From positions 63,967,905 to 64,019,427 of the forward strand of contig NC_057718.1 in the NCBI RefSeq assembly GCF_004010195.1: a DNA stretch of 51,523 bases, written 5' to 3'. Origin of the DNA: Chiloscyllium plagiosum. Taxonomy: Eukaryota. Positions 11,203-22,180 of this stretch are shown here, in pieces (the first letter of the stretch is position 1; every line of letters begins with the position of its first letter). Below the pieces are notes generated by a model. That model did no database searches. It worked only from the letters and a program-made list of their open reading frames with translations, and was not told the DNA's origin. Made by a program: the position numbers and the translations under genes.

Positions 11203-13620
11203 AAAAATCACACAACACCAGGTTGTGGTCCAACAGATTTATTTGGAAGCACTAGCTTTTGGAGCACTACTCCTTCATCAGTTGCTATGGAGCAGGATCA
11301 TAGGACACTGAATTTACAGCAAAAGACTACAATGTCAAACATCTGAAATCATATATTGAACAAACCTAGATTACTGTTAAGTCTTTCATCTTTTAGAATG
11401 GGTTGCAGGTTTTGGTTCATTAATACGTAAATCCCAGGACTTCTTTTAAGTCACATTCTCAAGATAATTTAAGGCTTTATAAAAAAGGTGACATTTCCTG
11501 GGAAATTGTTGGAAACAAGGCAGGGCAGGTGACTGAGGTGTCAGTGGGGGAACAGTTTGGGGCTAGTGACCATAATTCTATTGGTTTTTAAAATAGTAAT
11601 GGAAAAGGATAGACTGGATCTGAAAGTTGAAGTTCTAAATTGGAGGAAGGCTAAATTTGACGGTATTAGGCAAGAACTTTCAAAAGCTGTTTTGGGGCAG
11701 ATGTTTGCAGGTAAAGGGATGGCTGGAAAGTGGGAAGCCTTCGTAAATGAGATAACCACAGTCCAAAGATAATATATTCTGTTAGGGTGAAAGGCTGGTA
11801 GGTGTAGGGAATGCTAGATTGACTAGAGAATTTGGGGTTAAGAAATAGAAGGAAGCATATGTCAGGTATAGACAGGATAGATTGAGTGAATACTTAGAAG
11901 AGTATAAAGGCAGTAGGAATATACTCAAGAAGGAAATGAGGGCAAAAAGGGGCCATGAAATAGCTTTGGCAAATAGAGTTAAGGAGAATCCAAAGGGTTT
12001 TACAAACACATTAAGGACAAAAGGATAACTAGGGAGAGAATAGGGCCCCTCAAAGATCAGCAAGGCGGCCTTTGTGTGGAGCAGCAGGAGATGGGGGAGA
12101 TACTAAATGAGTAATTTGCATCAGTGTGGAGAAGGACATGGAAGATATAAAATGTATGGAAATAGATGGTGACATCTTGAAAAATCTTACAGAGGAGGAG
12201 GTCTTGAAATGCATAAAGGTGGATGAATGCCCAGGACCTGATCAGGTGTACCCAAAAACGCTGTGGGAAGCTAGAGAAGTGATTGCTGGGCCCCTTGATT
12301 TGTATCATCGATAGTCAAAGGTGAGGTGCCGGAAGACTGAAGGTTGGCTAATGTGGTGCCACTGTTTAAGAAAGGTGGTATAGGCAAGCCAGGGAACTAT
12401 AGACCGGTGAGCTTGACCTCGGAGGTGGGCATGTTGCTGGAGGGAGTCCTGAGGGACAGGATTTACATATCTTTGGAAAGGCATGGACTGATTAGGGATA
12501 GTCAACATGGCCTTGTGCATGGGAAATCATGTCTCATGAACTTGATTGAGTTTTTTAAAAGTAACAAAGAGGATTGATGAGGGCAGAGTGGAGGACATGA
12601 TCTATATGGACTTCAGTAAGGCATTTTGGGAAAGCAAATCTGAGCAGGACGTAGACACTTAATAGTAAAGTCCTAAGGCGTGTTGCTGAACAGAGACCTT
12701 GGAGTTCATAGCTCCTTGAAAGCTGGGTTGCAGGTAGTTAGGATAGTGAAGAAGGTACTTGATATGCTTTCATTTTGGTCAGAGTATTGAGTTACAGGAG
12801 TTAGGAGGTCATTTTATGGCTGTACAGGATGTTGGTTAGGCCACTTTTGGAATTTTGCATGCAATTCTGGTCTCTTTCCTATTGGAAGGATGTTCTGAAA
12901 CTTGAAAGAGTTCAGAAAAGATTTGCATGAATGTTGTTAGGGTTGGAGGATTTGAGCTATAGGGAGAGGCTGAACAGGCTGGGGCTGTTTTCCCTGGAGC
13001 ATCGGGGGCTGAGAAGTGACCTTATAGAGGTTTAAAAAATCATGAGGGGCATGGATAGGATAAATAGACAAAGATTTTCCCCCCGGGGTGGGAGTGTCCA
13101 AAACTAGAGGGTATAGGTTTAGGTTGAGTGAGGAAAGAAATAAAAGAGACCTAAGAGTCAACTTTTTCACGCAGAGAGTGATGCAGGTATGAAATGGGCT
13201 GCCAGAGGAAGTGGTGGAGGCTAGTACAATTGCAACATTTAAAAGGCATTTGGCTGGGTATATGAATAGAAAGGGTTGAGAGGGATATGGGCCAAGTGCT
13301 GGCAAATGGGACTAGATTAGGTTAAGATATCTGGTCAGCATGGGCGAGTTGGACCAAAGGGTCAATTTCCGGGCTGTACATCTCTATGACTCCATGACTC
13401 TATCTCAGCTGAGACAATGTATTAAAGGTGTGAGGTTAGAACCTGTCTTTATCCCAATCTTCAATTTGACTGGTTTTATTTCCAAAGTAGGAATTTATAA
13501 AATGTTATGTGAATTGACTGTAAGAGAGAAAGAGAGACAGAGATAGACAGAGAGAGAAAGAGAGAGACTTTGTATGTAAGTGAGAAGGTGAGTGTGTGAA
13601 TCCTGAGAATGAGCTGGAAA
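11203..13620 (-). mobile_element. Terminal region of a second PLE family (11203-11494 and 13402-~13620), split by a CR1
   Basis: 11203-11282 is close to the reverse complement of 42341-42422 (hammerhead-type core CTGATGAAGGAG..CTCC.AAAGCTA). The sequence appears to resume across the CR1 at AAAAAAGGTGACAT|..|ATCTCAGCTGAGACAATG, followed by a GA/GT-rich tract. Confidence 0.75.
11495..13401 (+). mobile_element. 5'-truncated CR1 LINE with internal deletion of the RT core
   Basis: LNWRKAKFDGIRQEL, KCIKVDECPGPDQVYP, ANVVPLFKKG..PGNYRPVSLTS, DSQHG. DFSKA is joined directly to FGKAN at ~12625. (TCTATGAC) tail. Confidence 0.95.
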
Positions 13621-14102
13621 TACACTCACACTTCCATTCCCCATCCTTCTCAAAAACCCATGCATATGGTAGGCTGGGAAAGGGAGAAATCCCAGGCAGA
13701 AAGGCAAACACTTTTTTACTTTACTTTCATGTGAGCTCCAGTGCACCATCAGAGTGAACCAAGGTCAGTGCTAGTTAATCACAATACCTTCTCCCAGACC
13801 TGGCCTCCAGCATTTTGTGCCCTGTCTTAGCAGTAATACTCAAATTCCAAGAAGGTTTAAAACATAATCCACAAATACAAAAGTTGCTATTCTCCACAAT
13901 TGAATTTGAGAATCCAGATTATACTGATTCAGAAAGATTATACAACTTGCATTAAATCTTTTAGACACAGATCTTTCAGGGACTGGCAAGCATATTTTTA
14001 AAACATTTTAATATCAAAATATATTGGATTAATGATTGGATTGCACTATATTCTGGTGTGAGTTTTGCAACTCACTCACTATGTCCATTCATTTTAAAGT
14101 AT

Positions 14103-14870
14103 TGCTATGATTTTGGCAGAAGTCAGCAATGTTTGTTAATTTAGAATCTGAAAACTCGGGTATTTACTAAAAGACTGAATCCACAAGGTTCATAGTTTAA
14201 AAGAAAATAATTTTATTATACAAAATCTTAGGACATAAGTGCTAATAACTGTTCTTCACTTTAGTTATACTAAAGATATTAAAAGAACACAGTTGCTTTA
14301 CTCTGAACTGAATTTCTTAATTTGCTTCCTGCTTACATCCATTTGAGTTTAAATTCCAAAAACCTTAAGGCATTTATAAAAAATTGGAAGGCTAATCACC
14401 TATTTCAGTGATTCAGATAGGGGCTGAGAATATTGAGTTTTTTGCTTACCTCTGAGAAATTCCCTTTCATATCTCAAGGTTGTGGACTTCCCATCATGAC
14501 AGGCACTGCCAACATCTTGAGCATAGCCACCACTATTGCTTCTAATGCTCTTCAATTCTGGCTTCTTATACCTAAAGCATTCTCTTTCTTCTCAGCTTGG
14601 TTATCTCATAAGCTCCATTTGCTCTTAGGAGACTTTCAGCTAACAAGGTTTTAATACCCTTTCCATCAGCACACAGAATTTCAACTGAAGTTTTCTTGAG
14701 AGAGACATCTCCTGTGTTTATATTGTTCTGAAACATTACTGAGCCTGCAACTCTACTTACAGATTCACTTCATATTGACTCATTTTCTATTGTTTACCTC
14801 TGAGGAATTATGGTCACATGATCAGTTACTGCAAGCAAAGTACTTTATCTGAATCATATTTCAGAAAAAT
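14103..14870 (-). repeat. Probable decayed solo LTR
   Basis: Starts TGCTATGA (inverse of a TCATAACA-type LTR end). TTTTATTAT is an AATAAA on the minus strand. Ends near GGTCACATGA, like 28861. Layout is similar to 28190-28880. Confidence 0.4.
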
Positions 14871-15425
14871 CTACTTCTTAAAGGGGCTGTGATCCTGGCG
14901 TAAAATATGAGATTTTCACCAAAATCAGTTTTGGGGTGCACACTATGCAGAATGTAGTTTTCCCTGTGCTTACCTCATTTGATTGATAGTAACATTGGGT
15001 TGAGAGGCTTCGGTACTGTGTCATTGTTTTTCTTGCTGTCTGCAGTCTCTGTGCTAAGCAGGTGGCCCCACTGTTACTCTGGGCAGTCTACCAAAGAGCA
15101 GCAGGACAGCAGGAAGGAGGCAACAATCCTCTGGTGGTTGGAAGGTCTCATTGAAATATTGAGAAGGAGCATGTCACCTGGATTATGAATCTCTAGAGCC
15201 TGAACATGGCAGCACTGCAGCAAAACATGGAGAATCATTTGGTGGTGAATGAATGCATCTTCACAGTACATCGAATGTCCAAGAAACCAATTCAGTACAA
15301 TGTACCTACCACATCTCCATCATTTACCCAGCAGCACTCCTTATCACTCAGAACTGACTGCCTAACATTCATATATTCCACTTTATCCACAATCATCTAC
15401 CAATGCTGCCAATGTCTCACACACA

Positions 15426-15778
15426 GGATGGCACTGTGGCTCAGTGGTTAGCACTGCTGCCTCACAGCATCAGGGACCTGGGTTCGATTCCAGCCTTGGG
15501 CGGCTGTCTGTGTGGCGTTTGCACATTCTCCCTATGTCTGCATGGGGTTTCCCCTTAGTGCTCCAATTTCCTCCCACAGTCCAATGATGTGCAGGTTAGG
15601 TGAATTGGCCATGCTAAATTCCCCATAGTGTTCTGGGATGTGTAGGTTTGGTGCATTAGTCAGGGGAAATGCAGAGTAATAGGATAGGGGAATGGATCTG
15701 GGTGGGGTACTCTTCGGAGTGTCAGTGTGGATTTGTTGGGCCAAATGGCCTGTTTCCACATTGTAGAGACTCTAAGAT
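15426..15778 (+). mobile_element. HE1 SINE
   Basis: TGGCTCAGTGGTTAGCACTGCTGCCTCACAG, GGTTCGATTCC, V-domain and CR1-like tail. Confidence 0.95.
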
Positions 15779-16016
15779 GACTTTTCACTGCCTCCATACA
15801 TACCCACAATTCAGCCATGGTAGATACATCATCAAATATAGAGCCACACAACTGTAAGGTGCATCAATAATTAGCTCACAGATAACAAAAAAAAATTGGA
15901 CATTCTGGTTGGCCAGTTGACCATACTCCTTTCTACTTTGTTCTCAATGAATAGTTTTAACCGATGTAATATCAGACTTGACAATAACTGAAAACTTGAA
16001 TGGTACATTTGCGATT

Positions 16017-16495
16017 CTGTAACTTGTAACTGTGTATCTTTACCTGTCATGGCGTAAATAGACCTGTAACTGTGTAACTGTACCTAAAATCATATAACTA
16101 TACTTGCAACAGTGTAAATGCACCTGTAAACATGTACCTGTAATGGTGTAAATGTACCTGTAATTGTGTAACTGTACCCATATAACTGCACCTGTAACTT
16201 TGTATTTGTACCTGTGTTAACCATACCTGTAATGGTGTAAATGCACCTATAACTGTATAACTGTATCCATAGCAATGGTGTACAAGTACTGTAAGTTTGT
16301 AACTATTTCTGGAACTGTATAACTACACTTGTAATGGTGTAAATGCACATGTAATTGTATAGCAAAGCTACATAACTATGCCTGTAATGGCATAAACATA
16401 CCTGCATTTCTGCAACTGTATTTGTAATGGTGTAAATACACTTGTAACTATGTAACTGTATCTTTAACTGTAACTGTATTTATAACATGGTAAAT
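16017..16495. repeat. Degenerate minisatellite of ~20-bp monomers (CCTGTAATGGTGTAAATGCA and CCTGTAACTGTGTAACTGTA types)
   Basis: GTAATGGTGTAAAT recurs at 16140, 16229, 16331 and 16424, interspersed with GTAACTGT units. Confidence 0.85.
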
Positions 16496-16747
16496 CTGTT
16501 GGTAGCTGTATAGCAAATCAATTGAACAAAATTTGACCTTTCCTGATTTTTAGTCACATGAAGGCAAATATTGATGTGGGCCATTTCTATAAAGAATCAT
16601 TATCCATTGCTGTGGCTGTTCTCCCATTATCACCACTGGGAATGTATTTTAACATGCCCAAACATCTAGCCCTTGATGACAACACATTCTCTGCCAAGTC
16701 TTTTGCAGGTGTCAGTGACATCTGAACAGTCTCCACCATCAGGTTGG

Positions 16748-16837
16748 TAAAAACAATAACTGCAGATGCTAGAAACCAGATTCTGGATTAGTGGTGCTGG
16801 AAGAGCACAGCAGTTCAGGCAGCATCCAAGGAGCAGT
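16748..16837 (-). mobile_element. 90-bp PLE terminal fragment with a perfect 14-bp flanking duplication
   Basis: CACCATCAGGTTGG at 16734-16747 and 16838-16851. The insert matches the reverse complement of the PLE end at 21850-21900. Confidence 0.9.
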
Positions 16838-18436
16838 CACCATCAGGTTGGCTGCTGTCATGGAGAGCTAGATTCCACACATTCAGAGTCCGCTGGATAT
16901 ATGCATAGACCTGAACTATATCCGTGCAATCATCAGTGTTCAGCACCAATGGCAAGGCGATAGGAGAATAAGGGAACTTGACCTCACTCCTTGCTCCTTC
17001 CTGACAAGGATACAGGGCAATGCTAATGGCCAGAAACCAGAGAAGGAAGCAAGTACAGAACCCACAGAAATCTCTTCTCATGACTCTCCAGAGGTGACTA
17101 AGCCATACTCCTTCTCCCACTGCCCTGTAGGATTTCACGTTGAGGAGTGTACACCTGCTTCCCAGCAAGACACATTCAGCATCTATGTACCCTCTAAACA
17201 CAAAACCCACTGGGGGCACTAGACTAAAACTGCAAGACTAATAGGCTCCACTGTAGAGCAGGCTTTCTCCAGCCCAGTTACAGATACCATCCATTGACTG
17301 AGTGGTGTATCTCTTCACTTGACTGAGGACTACAGGCTGAGGCTTTGTAATATGATTATTTGGCTGAAACTCATGCAGTGTGTTTGTCACACATGCTGCT
17401 GGATCAAGGTGCAGGTGTGAGACTTATGACACACAATGCCACACAGCAACATGTCCAACCCCTTGTCTGGTAACTGCTGACAAACATAACAAGCTACCTC
17501 ATTCTGTGCCTGTGCTACATGCCAAGACAAAAGTTACTGTGAGCATGTCAGCTCTGGCTGAGGGGACAAGCTTAAAAATGGCAGAGGTGCTGTGAGCTTC
17601 AAAGTTAACATTAAGAGAGCAAGAAAGGAGCCATGAGAAGTCCCTTGAATAATCAAGATGAGTGTCCTCAAAGCAGCACCACATGAAAGGTTCCAATGTA
17701 ACCCAAAGTGCAGCACTAAAGTGCAGAACCATATTATAAGTGGACTGGGGATGTGGCATGGTGCAGTGGAGAAGGTAGTACTTGTCTGATGACATACTTC
17801 ATGGACACAGGTGGTTATTACCCAAAGAGCTTGCCCTGTGATGTCAAGGACGTTTGGACTGCTGTCCAAGCTGGAGGTCCAGAGGAGTTAGTGGTGAGCT
17901 ACTGTCACCAAATAACCATTCTGACTTTCACATTGGGAATTATTGCTGTCTAGTTTCTTTCTGGAAGGAGTAAATTGGAAATTGTATATCAATGAAGTGA
18001 GGTCAGTTACTACCGACATGGCAATGAAATAAAGGGTTGCAATTAGACCTCGCCCTGTTCACTTATGAGATTTTCATCTTGCTGTTCAAACTTGGCTGGA
18101 GAGTTGAAACTTTCTTCTCTCAGCATCAAGAATTTCATTCCTGCAGACCTCATCAGATTTTCCAAATTGGCTTATCAATGCCTGTTATTCAAGGGCTTGG
18201 AAGGTTCTGCCCATGTCAGAGAGGCCATATGATTGCAAGGATCCCTGGAATGTTGGTGATTGTGACATTAGCTGTAGCAAAATATAGAATTAGCAAGTTT
18301 TTAAAACATTAGATCAAAAGCTTTTGGGTTCTGTTTGATTGTAACTTGACTGAGGTCAGACTAAGTCTAGTCTCTCTTAGAAAAGGAGATTGTTCAGAAC
18401 AGTTAAGGAAATAGGTTCCCTCACTGAGACAGTGTA

Positions 18437-19858
18437 CAGAGGAATCTCGATTATCTGAATATCAATTATCCGAATTTTGGATTATCCAAAGAAGATCTCA
18501 ATGTCCTAAAGAAACATTACATCAAAGAGGTGTTTCCAACACTGATTGCGTCTTTTGTTTAAAATGAACCCAGCTTACTGAAATGCTGCCAAGAACAGTC
18601 CTGGACATCAATGGGAGCCCAGGCACTGTCTCCAAGTGACTGACTGCCTGCCTTGTCTCTCTCCCCACACTTTCCCTGGAGTTCTCCACAAGAGTGTACC
18701 CAAACCCTACTACCCCAGATAATCTCTCCAACATTGTCCTGTACAGGGCTGAGTGGGAATTTGTCAAAAAGTTGCAGTATAAAGTTGTGTGTGTGGTTGT
18801 GTGTGTGTGTGGGGCTGTGTGTGTGTGGGGCTGTGTGTGTGTGGGGCTGCGTGCATGTGGGGCTGTGTGTGTGTGGGGCTGTGTGTGTGTGGGGCTGTGT
18901 GTGTGTGGGGCTGTGTGTGTGTGGGGCTGTGTGTGTGTGGGGCTGTGTGTGTGTGGGGCTGTGTGTGTGTGGGGCTGTGTGTGTGTGGGGCTGTGTGTGT
19001 GTGGGGCTGTGTGTGTGTGGGGCTGTGTGTGTGTGGGGCTGTGTGTGTGTGGGGCTGTGTGTGTGTGGGGCTGTGTGTGTGTGGGGCTGTGTGTGTGTGG
19101 GGCTGTGTGTGTGTGGGGCTGTGTGTGTGTGGGGCTGTGTGTGTGTGGGGCTGTGTGTGTGTGGGGCTGTGTGTGTGTGGGGCTGTGTGTGTGTGGGGCT
19201 GCGTGCATGCGTGTGTGTGTGAGGGGCTGTGTGAGCGTGTGCGTGTGTGGAGGAACTGTGTGTGTGGGGGGGCTCTGTGTGTGTGCACACGTGTGTGTGT
19301 GGNNNNNNNNNNNNNNNNNNNNNNNNNNNNNNNNNNNNNNNNNNNNNNNNNNNNNNNNNNNNNNNNNNNNNNNTGTGTGGAGGGGGTGGTGTGTGTGTGC
19401 GTGTGTATGTGTGTGGGGGGGGTGCTGTGTGTGTGTGTGTTGGATGTGGGTTGTGGGGTTGGATGAGGTTGGAGGGGGTGGACTGGGGCAGGTGTGGGGG
19501 TGGATGGGGTGGGCAGGAGTGGGGATGGATGGGGAGGCGGGGCTCTCGCGCGGTGTGTTGCTGCCCTTCTCCTGAACGGGGAGCAGACTTAGCAAGTGCT
19601 CGATGTGTCAATCCCATTGAACTTGGGGGGTTGGGGGAGGCTTCAGCAATGCTGCAGGTACCTTACACACAACTGTGTCTCTGCTCAGACACAAACCCTG
19701 AAACAGAGAGAGGGAGTAAGGCAGGCAGAGTGAGGAGAAAGGAAACTTCAGAAAACCCTGTACCCCCGAGGAGAGGCATTGAATCAATTAACTGAATAAT
19801 CAATTATCCAAACTAAATACTGCCCACCCATTTTGTTCGGATAATTGAGGTTCCTCTG
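18437..19858. mobile_element. Non-autonomous Tc1/mariner-superfamily (pogo/Tigger-like) element or MITE
   Basis: TA target duplication (18435-18436, 19859-19860). 23-bp TIRs CAGAGGAATCTCGATTATCTGAA and revcomp CAGAGGAACCTCAATTATCCGAA with 3 transitions. Sub-terminal ATTATCC repeats. No transposase. Confidence 0.92.
18787..19440. repeat. 16-bp minisatellite (GGGGCTGTGTGTGTGT)n, ~24 near-perfect copies at 18811-19200, degenerating into (GT)n; gap 19303-19373
   Basis: Read directly from the sequence. Confidence 0.97.
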
Positions 19859-20389
19859 TAGTTTGTGAAACTTTCAAACAGAAGTGTTTGGTTAGAAATT
19901 GGTTATTCAAAGCAGAGAAAGTTTAAGATTTCACTTGTGTGTATTCAAGGAAAAAAACCTCATGGCTCATAGAATAGGAACTGAGAAGAAAGAGCTGTGA
20001 GTTAAGTCAAACCTACAAATTTAATAGGGAAATAAAGTTTTTCTAGATTTTGGTTACCTGTAAAGAGCAGGTGTTAGGGATTAGATGGGAGTTAGCTTTG
20101 CAGTGCATTTTGAAATCTTTCAAAATATTTAGATAGCTTGGCTTGATTTATTTTATTTTCATTTATTTTGTTCATTCACTTCTGTTCTGTTGTTAAATCC
20201 AAATATGCAGACTTGTGTGCTTAAGTTTCAGTGAAAAAAATTAATGTTAATTAAAACAAAATGAAACGTGATGTGTTAAGGTAGTTTTCATTTTGGGATT
20301 TGCCTTGGTCAGTAGTAACATCGGCTGTGATGATATGCAAGTTTTCAACAAGATCTATCAGTCAAGTTTGTGAATGAACAGAATTATAG

Positions 20390-21010
20390 TATTGTTATAC
20401 TCATTCCGTGATTAACAAACACAGCCAGGAATATAGAAGTATAAATGCTTATCCCACTAAATATCCCCATACACTACATAATACACACACACGACACAAA
20501 CACACACACGCACACACACAGTCTTTAGGGAAACAGATTACTCTGCTGAGATTGGCTTTTAAAATTAAAAAAGACACTTTCGCCACTGGGTTATTCTGTT
20601 GTACTTGTTTGCAAAATGGCAAGGTGTTGAATGTTCAGGATTTTGTTTCTTTGATGTCCTGCCACATGTTGTCAAGTATTAATCTGGTACAAGTTGTCTT
20701 TAGAATCTTGGAGACACAATTGGCTCAGGACATCTTGAGATGTACTTTCAATCATTTTTTTTTCAAAAACACCAATACATTTCATCCTGAAATCAATAAG
20801 AGTTTCCATGATGAGACTTTTCACATCATCTGGTACACAGGTATATTTTACAAAATTGTTCCACATCGTGGTAGAGACTTGGCCAGTAACAATATTGACT
20901 TATATGTAATTGGTTCTTCTGGATTCTGGTATGACTCATCACACTAAAGGTGTACTTACTATACAGGTATGGGTATATACTTCCTACTAATACTACTTAC
21001 AGAAAGCTTA
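20390..21010. repeat. Interspersed repeat, LTR-like, with (AC)n; related to 26829-27240
   Basis: Both share the order (AC)n-AGTCTT.AGG..GGTTATT..TGCAAAA..TGATGTC.TG.CACAT..TCAAGT..CTTGAGA..TTTCAAAAA, and both start TGTTAT. Confidence 0.6.
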
Positions 21011-21564
21011 ATATTGGTGTCACTCTCTAGTGGAAAAGATGTCTTACCCGGCAAGAAAGTTTGAGGAGCTGGTTGTGTATCCAAGTTTACTTGTTAAGGA
21101 GTAAGAAGTTAATTTTCCTTTTCAAATCTTGTGCAATTGCCACAATTATTTCTGCATGCTCACCCCAACGTTTAACTGTAACCTAACTTCACCACCAACT
21201 ACCTAACCTTGGCTGCTCTTTGCAAATTATTCAAGGATAAATCATTTACCTCCCAGAAAAGTCTTAGCAACTGCCAAAGCTAAATTTGTTGTCTCAACTG
21301 AATACTTCGCTGCAAGCCCCCAGTTTTTTCGGTAACTGAAGTTGGAGGAGTGCACTGTCTCTGTAATACCCACTACTCCACAGGTGACAACATGAAATAA
21401 AAATCCTTTTGATAGATGACCAATTAAATACTTTATATCTTAACATATTAATATGGTCAAAAAGAAGAATTCAATGTGAAGCATAAATTGCTTGTGGTTT
21501 ACAAAGGTGGTCAGGAAGAGTATCCTACCGAATACTAAGGCATTTAAAGTGTCAAAACTGAATG

Positions 21565-21900
21565 GGAGTCCACTCCCCTTCCCCCACCTCATCCTAGTTT
21601 CTAACCTCCAGCTCAACACTGTCCCCTTGTCTCGTCCGGACTTGTCCGACCTGCCCAGCTACTTTTCCACCTATCCACTCCACCCTCTCCTCCCTGACCT
21701 ATCACCTTCATCTCTTCCCCCACTGACCTATTGTACTCTATGCTACTCTATCCCCAATCCCACCCTCCTCTAGCTTATCTCTCCATGCTTCAGGCTCTCT
21801 GCCTTTATTCCTGATGAAGGGCTTTTGCCCGAAACGTCGATTTTGCCTGTCCTCGGATGCTGCCTGAACTGCTGTGCTCTTCCAGCACCACCGATCCAGA
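21565..21900 (+). mobile_element. PLE 3' terminal region
   Basis: C-rich tract, then CTGATGAAGGGCTTTTGCCCGAAACGTCGA and GGATGCTGCCTGAACTGCTGTGCTCTTCCAGCACC. Homologous to 40500-40847, which follows a GIY-YIG domain. Confidence 0.9.
21806..21843 (+). ncRNA. Minimal type I hammerhead ribozyme motif (intact core) in the PLE terminal repeat
   Basis: CTGATGA 21811-21817, extra A, stem II GGGC-TTTT-GCCC 21819-21830, GAAA 21831-21834, CGTC (ACGT palindrome; predicted GUC cleavage after 21838). Stem I is weak (ATTC/GATT). Confidence 0.7.
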
Positions 21901-22180
21901 AACTAAGTGTGGGGCCCTGGAAGGATGAAACTTGTGAATTAATAACTTGTAATAGGGAAATGGCTGATAATTAAGCAAATATTTTGTGTCTTTGCAGTGT
22001 AGGGCACTATAAGCATTGCAAAGATATTAGGTAAGCAAGATGCCAATGGGGAGCAAGGTCTTGCAGTAGCCTCTATCATGAGGCACAAGGTATTTAACAA
22101 ACTATTGAGCCTAAAGGTAGACAAGTTGCCAGGACCTTATGACCTGCATCCAGGGGTTTTAAAGAAAATGGCTGCTGGAA

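Larger units (their letters stand above)
14882..18145. mobile_element. Probable highly decayed PIF/Harbinger DNA transposon (Myb/SANT-like gene remnant on +), hosting later insertions
   Basis: 15055-15240 reads QVAP..LLWAV..EILRR..MNL*SL..TWQHCSK across frameshifts, resembling the Harbinger Myb motif APRF..LL..V..RTWQQCRKK. RLAAVMES..DL follows at ~16845-16920. An identical 13-mer TATGAGATTTTCA lies near both ends (14906-14918, 18064-18076). Boundaries are uncertain. Confidence 0.45.
18261..20335 (+). repeat. Probable solo LTR interrupted by a MITE
   Basis: Begins TGTGACA. Its 3' part (TTTCATTTTGGGATTTGCCTTGGTCAGTAGTAACATC..GTGATGATA) resembles 48520-48610 and the inverse of 28190-28250. Confidence 0.5.

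Noticed and set aside
16017..16495. CRISPR-like repeat array
   Set aside because: There are no unique spacers, the units are degenerate and contiguous, the context is vertebrate and no cas genes are present.
18522..19795. Long His/Thr/Pro-rich and Cys/Val/Gly-rich ORFs (up to 357 aa)
   Set aside because: They are translations of the stop-free 16-bp minisatellite, open in all six frames and spanning an N gap.
20408..20947. 179-aa ORF
   Set aside because: It has a GTG start, runs through an (AC)n tract within an LTR-like repeat, and has no recognisable homology.
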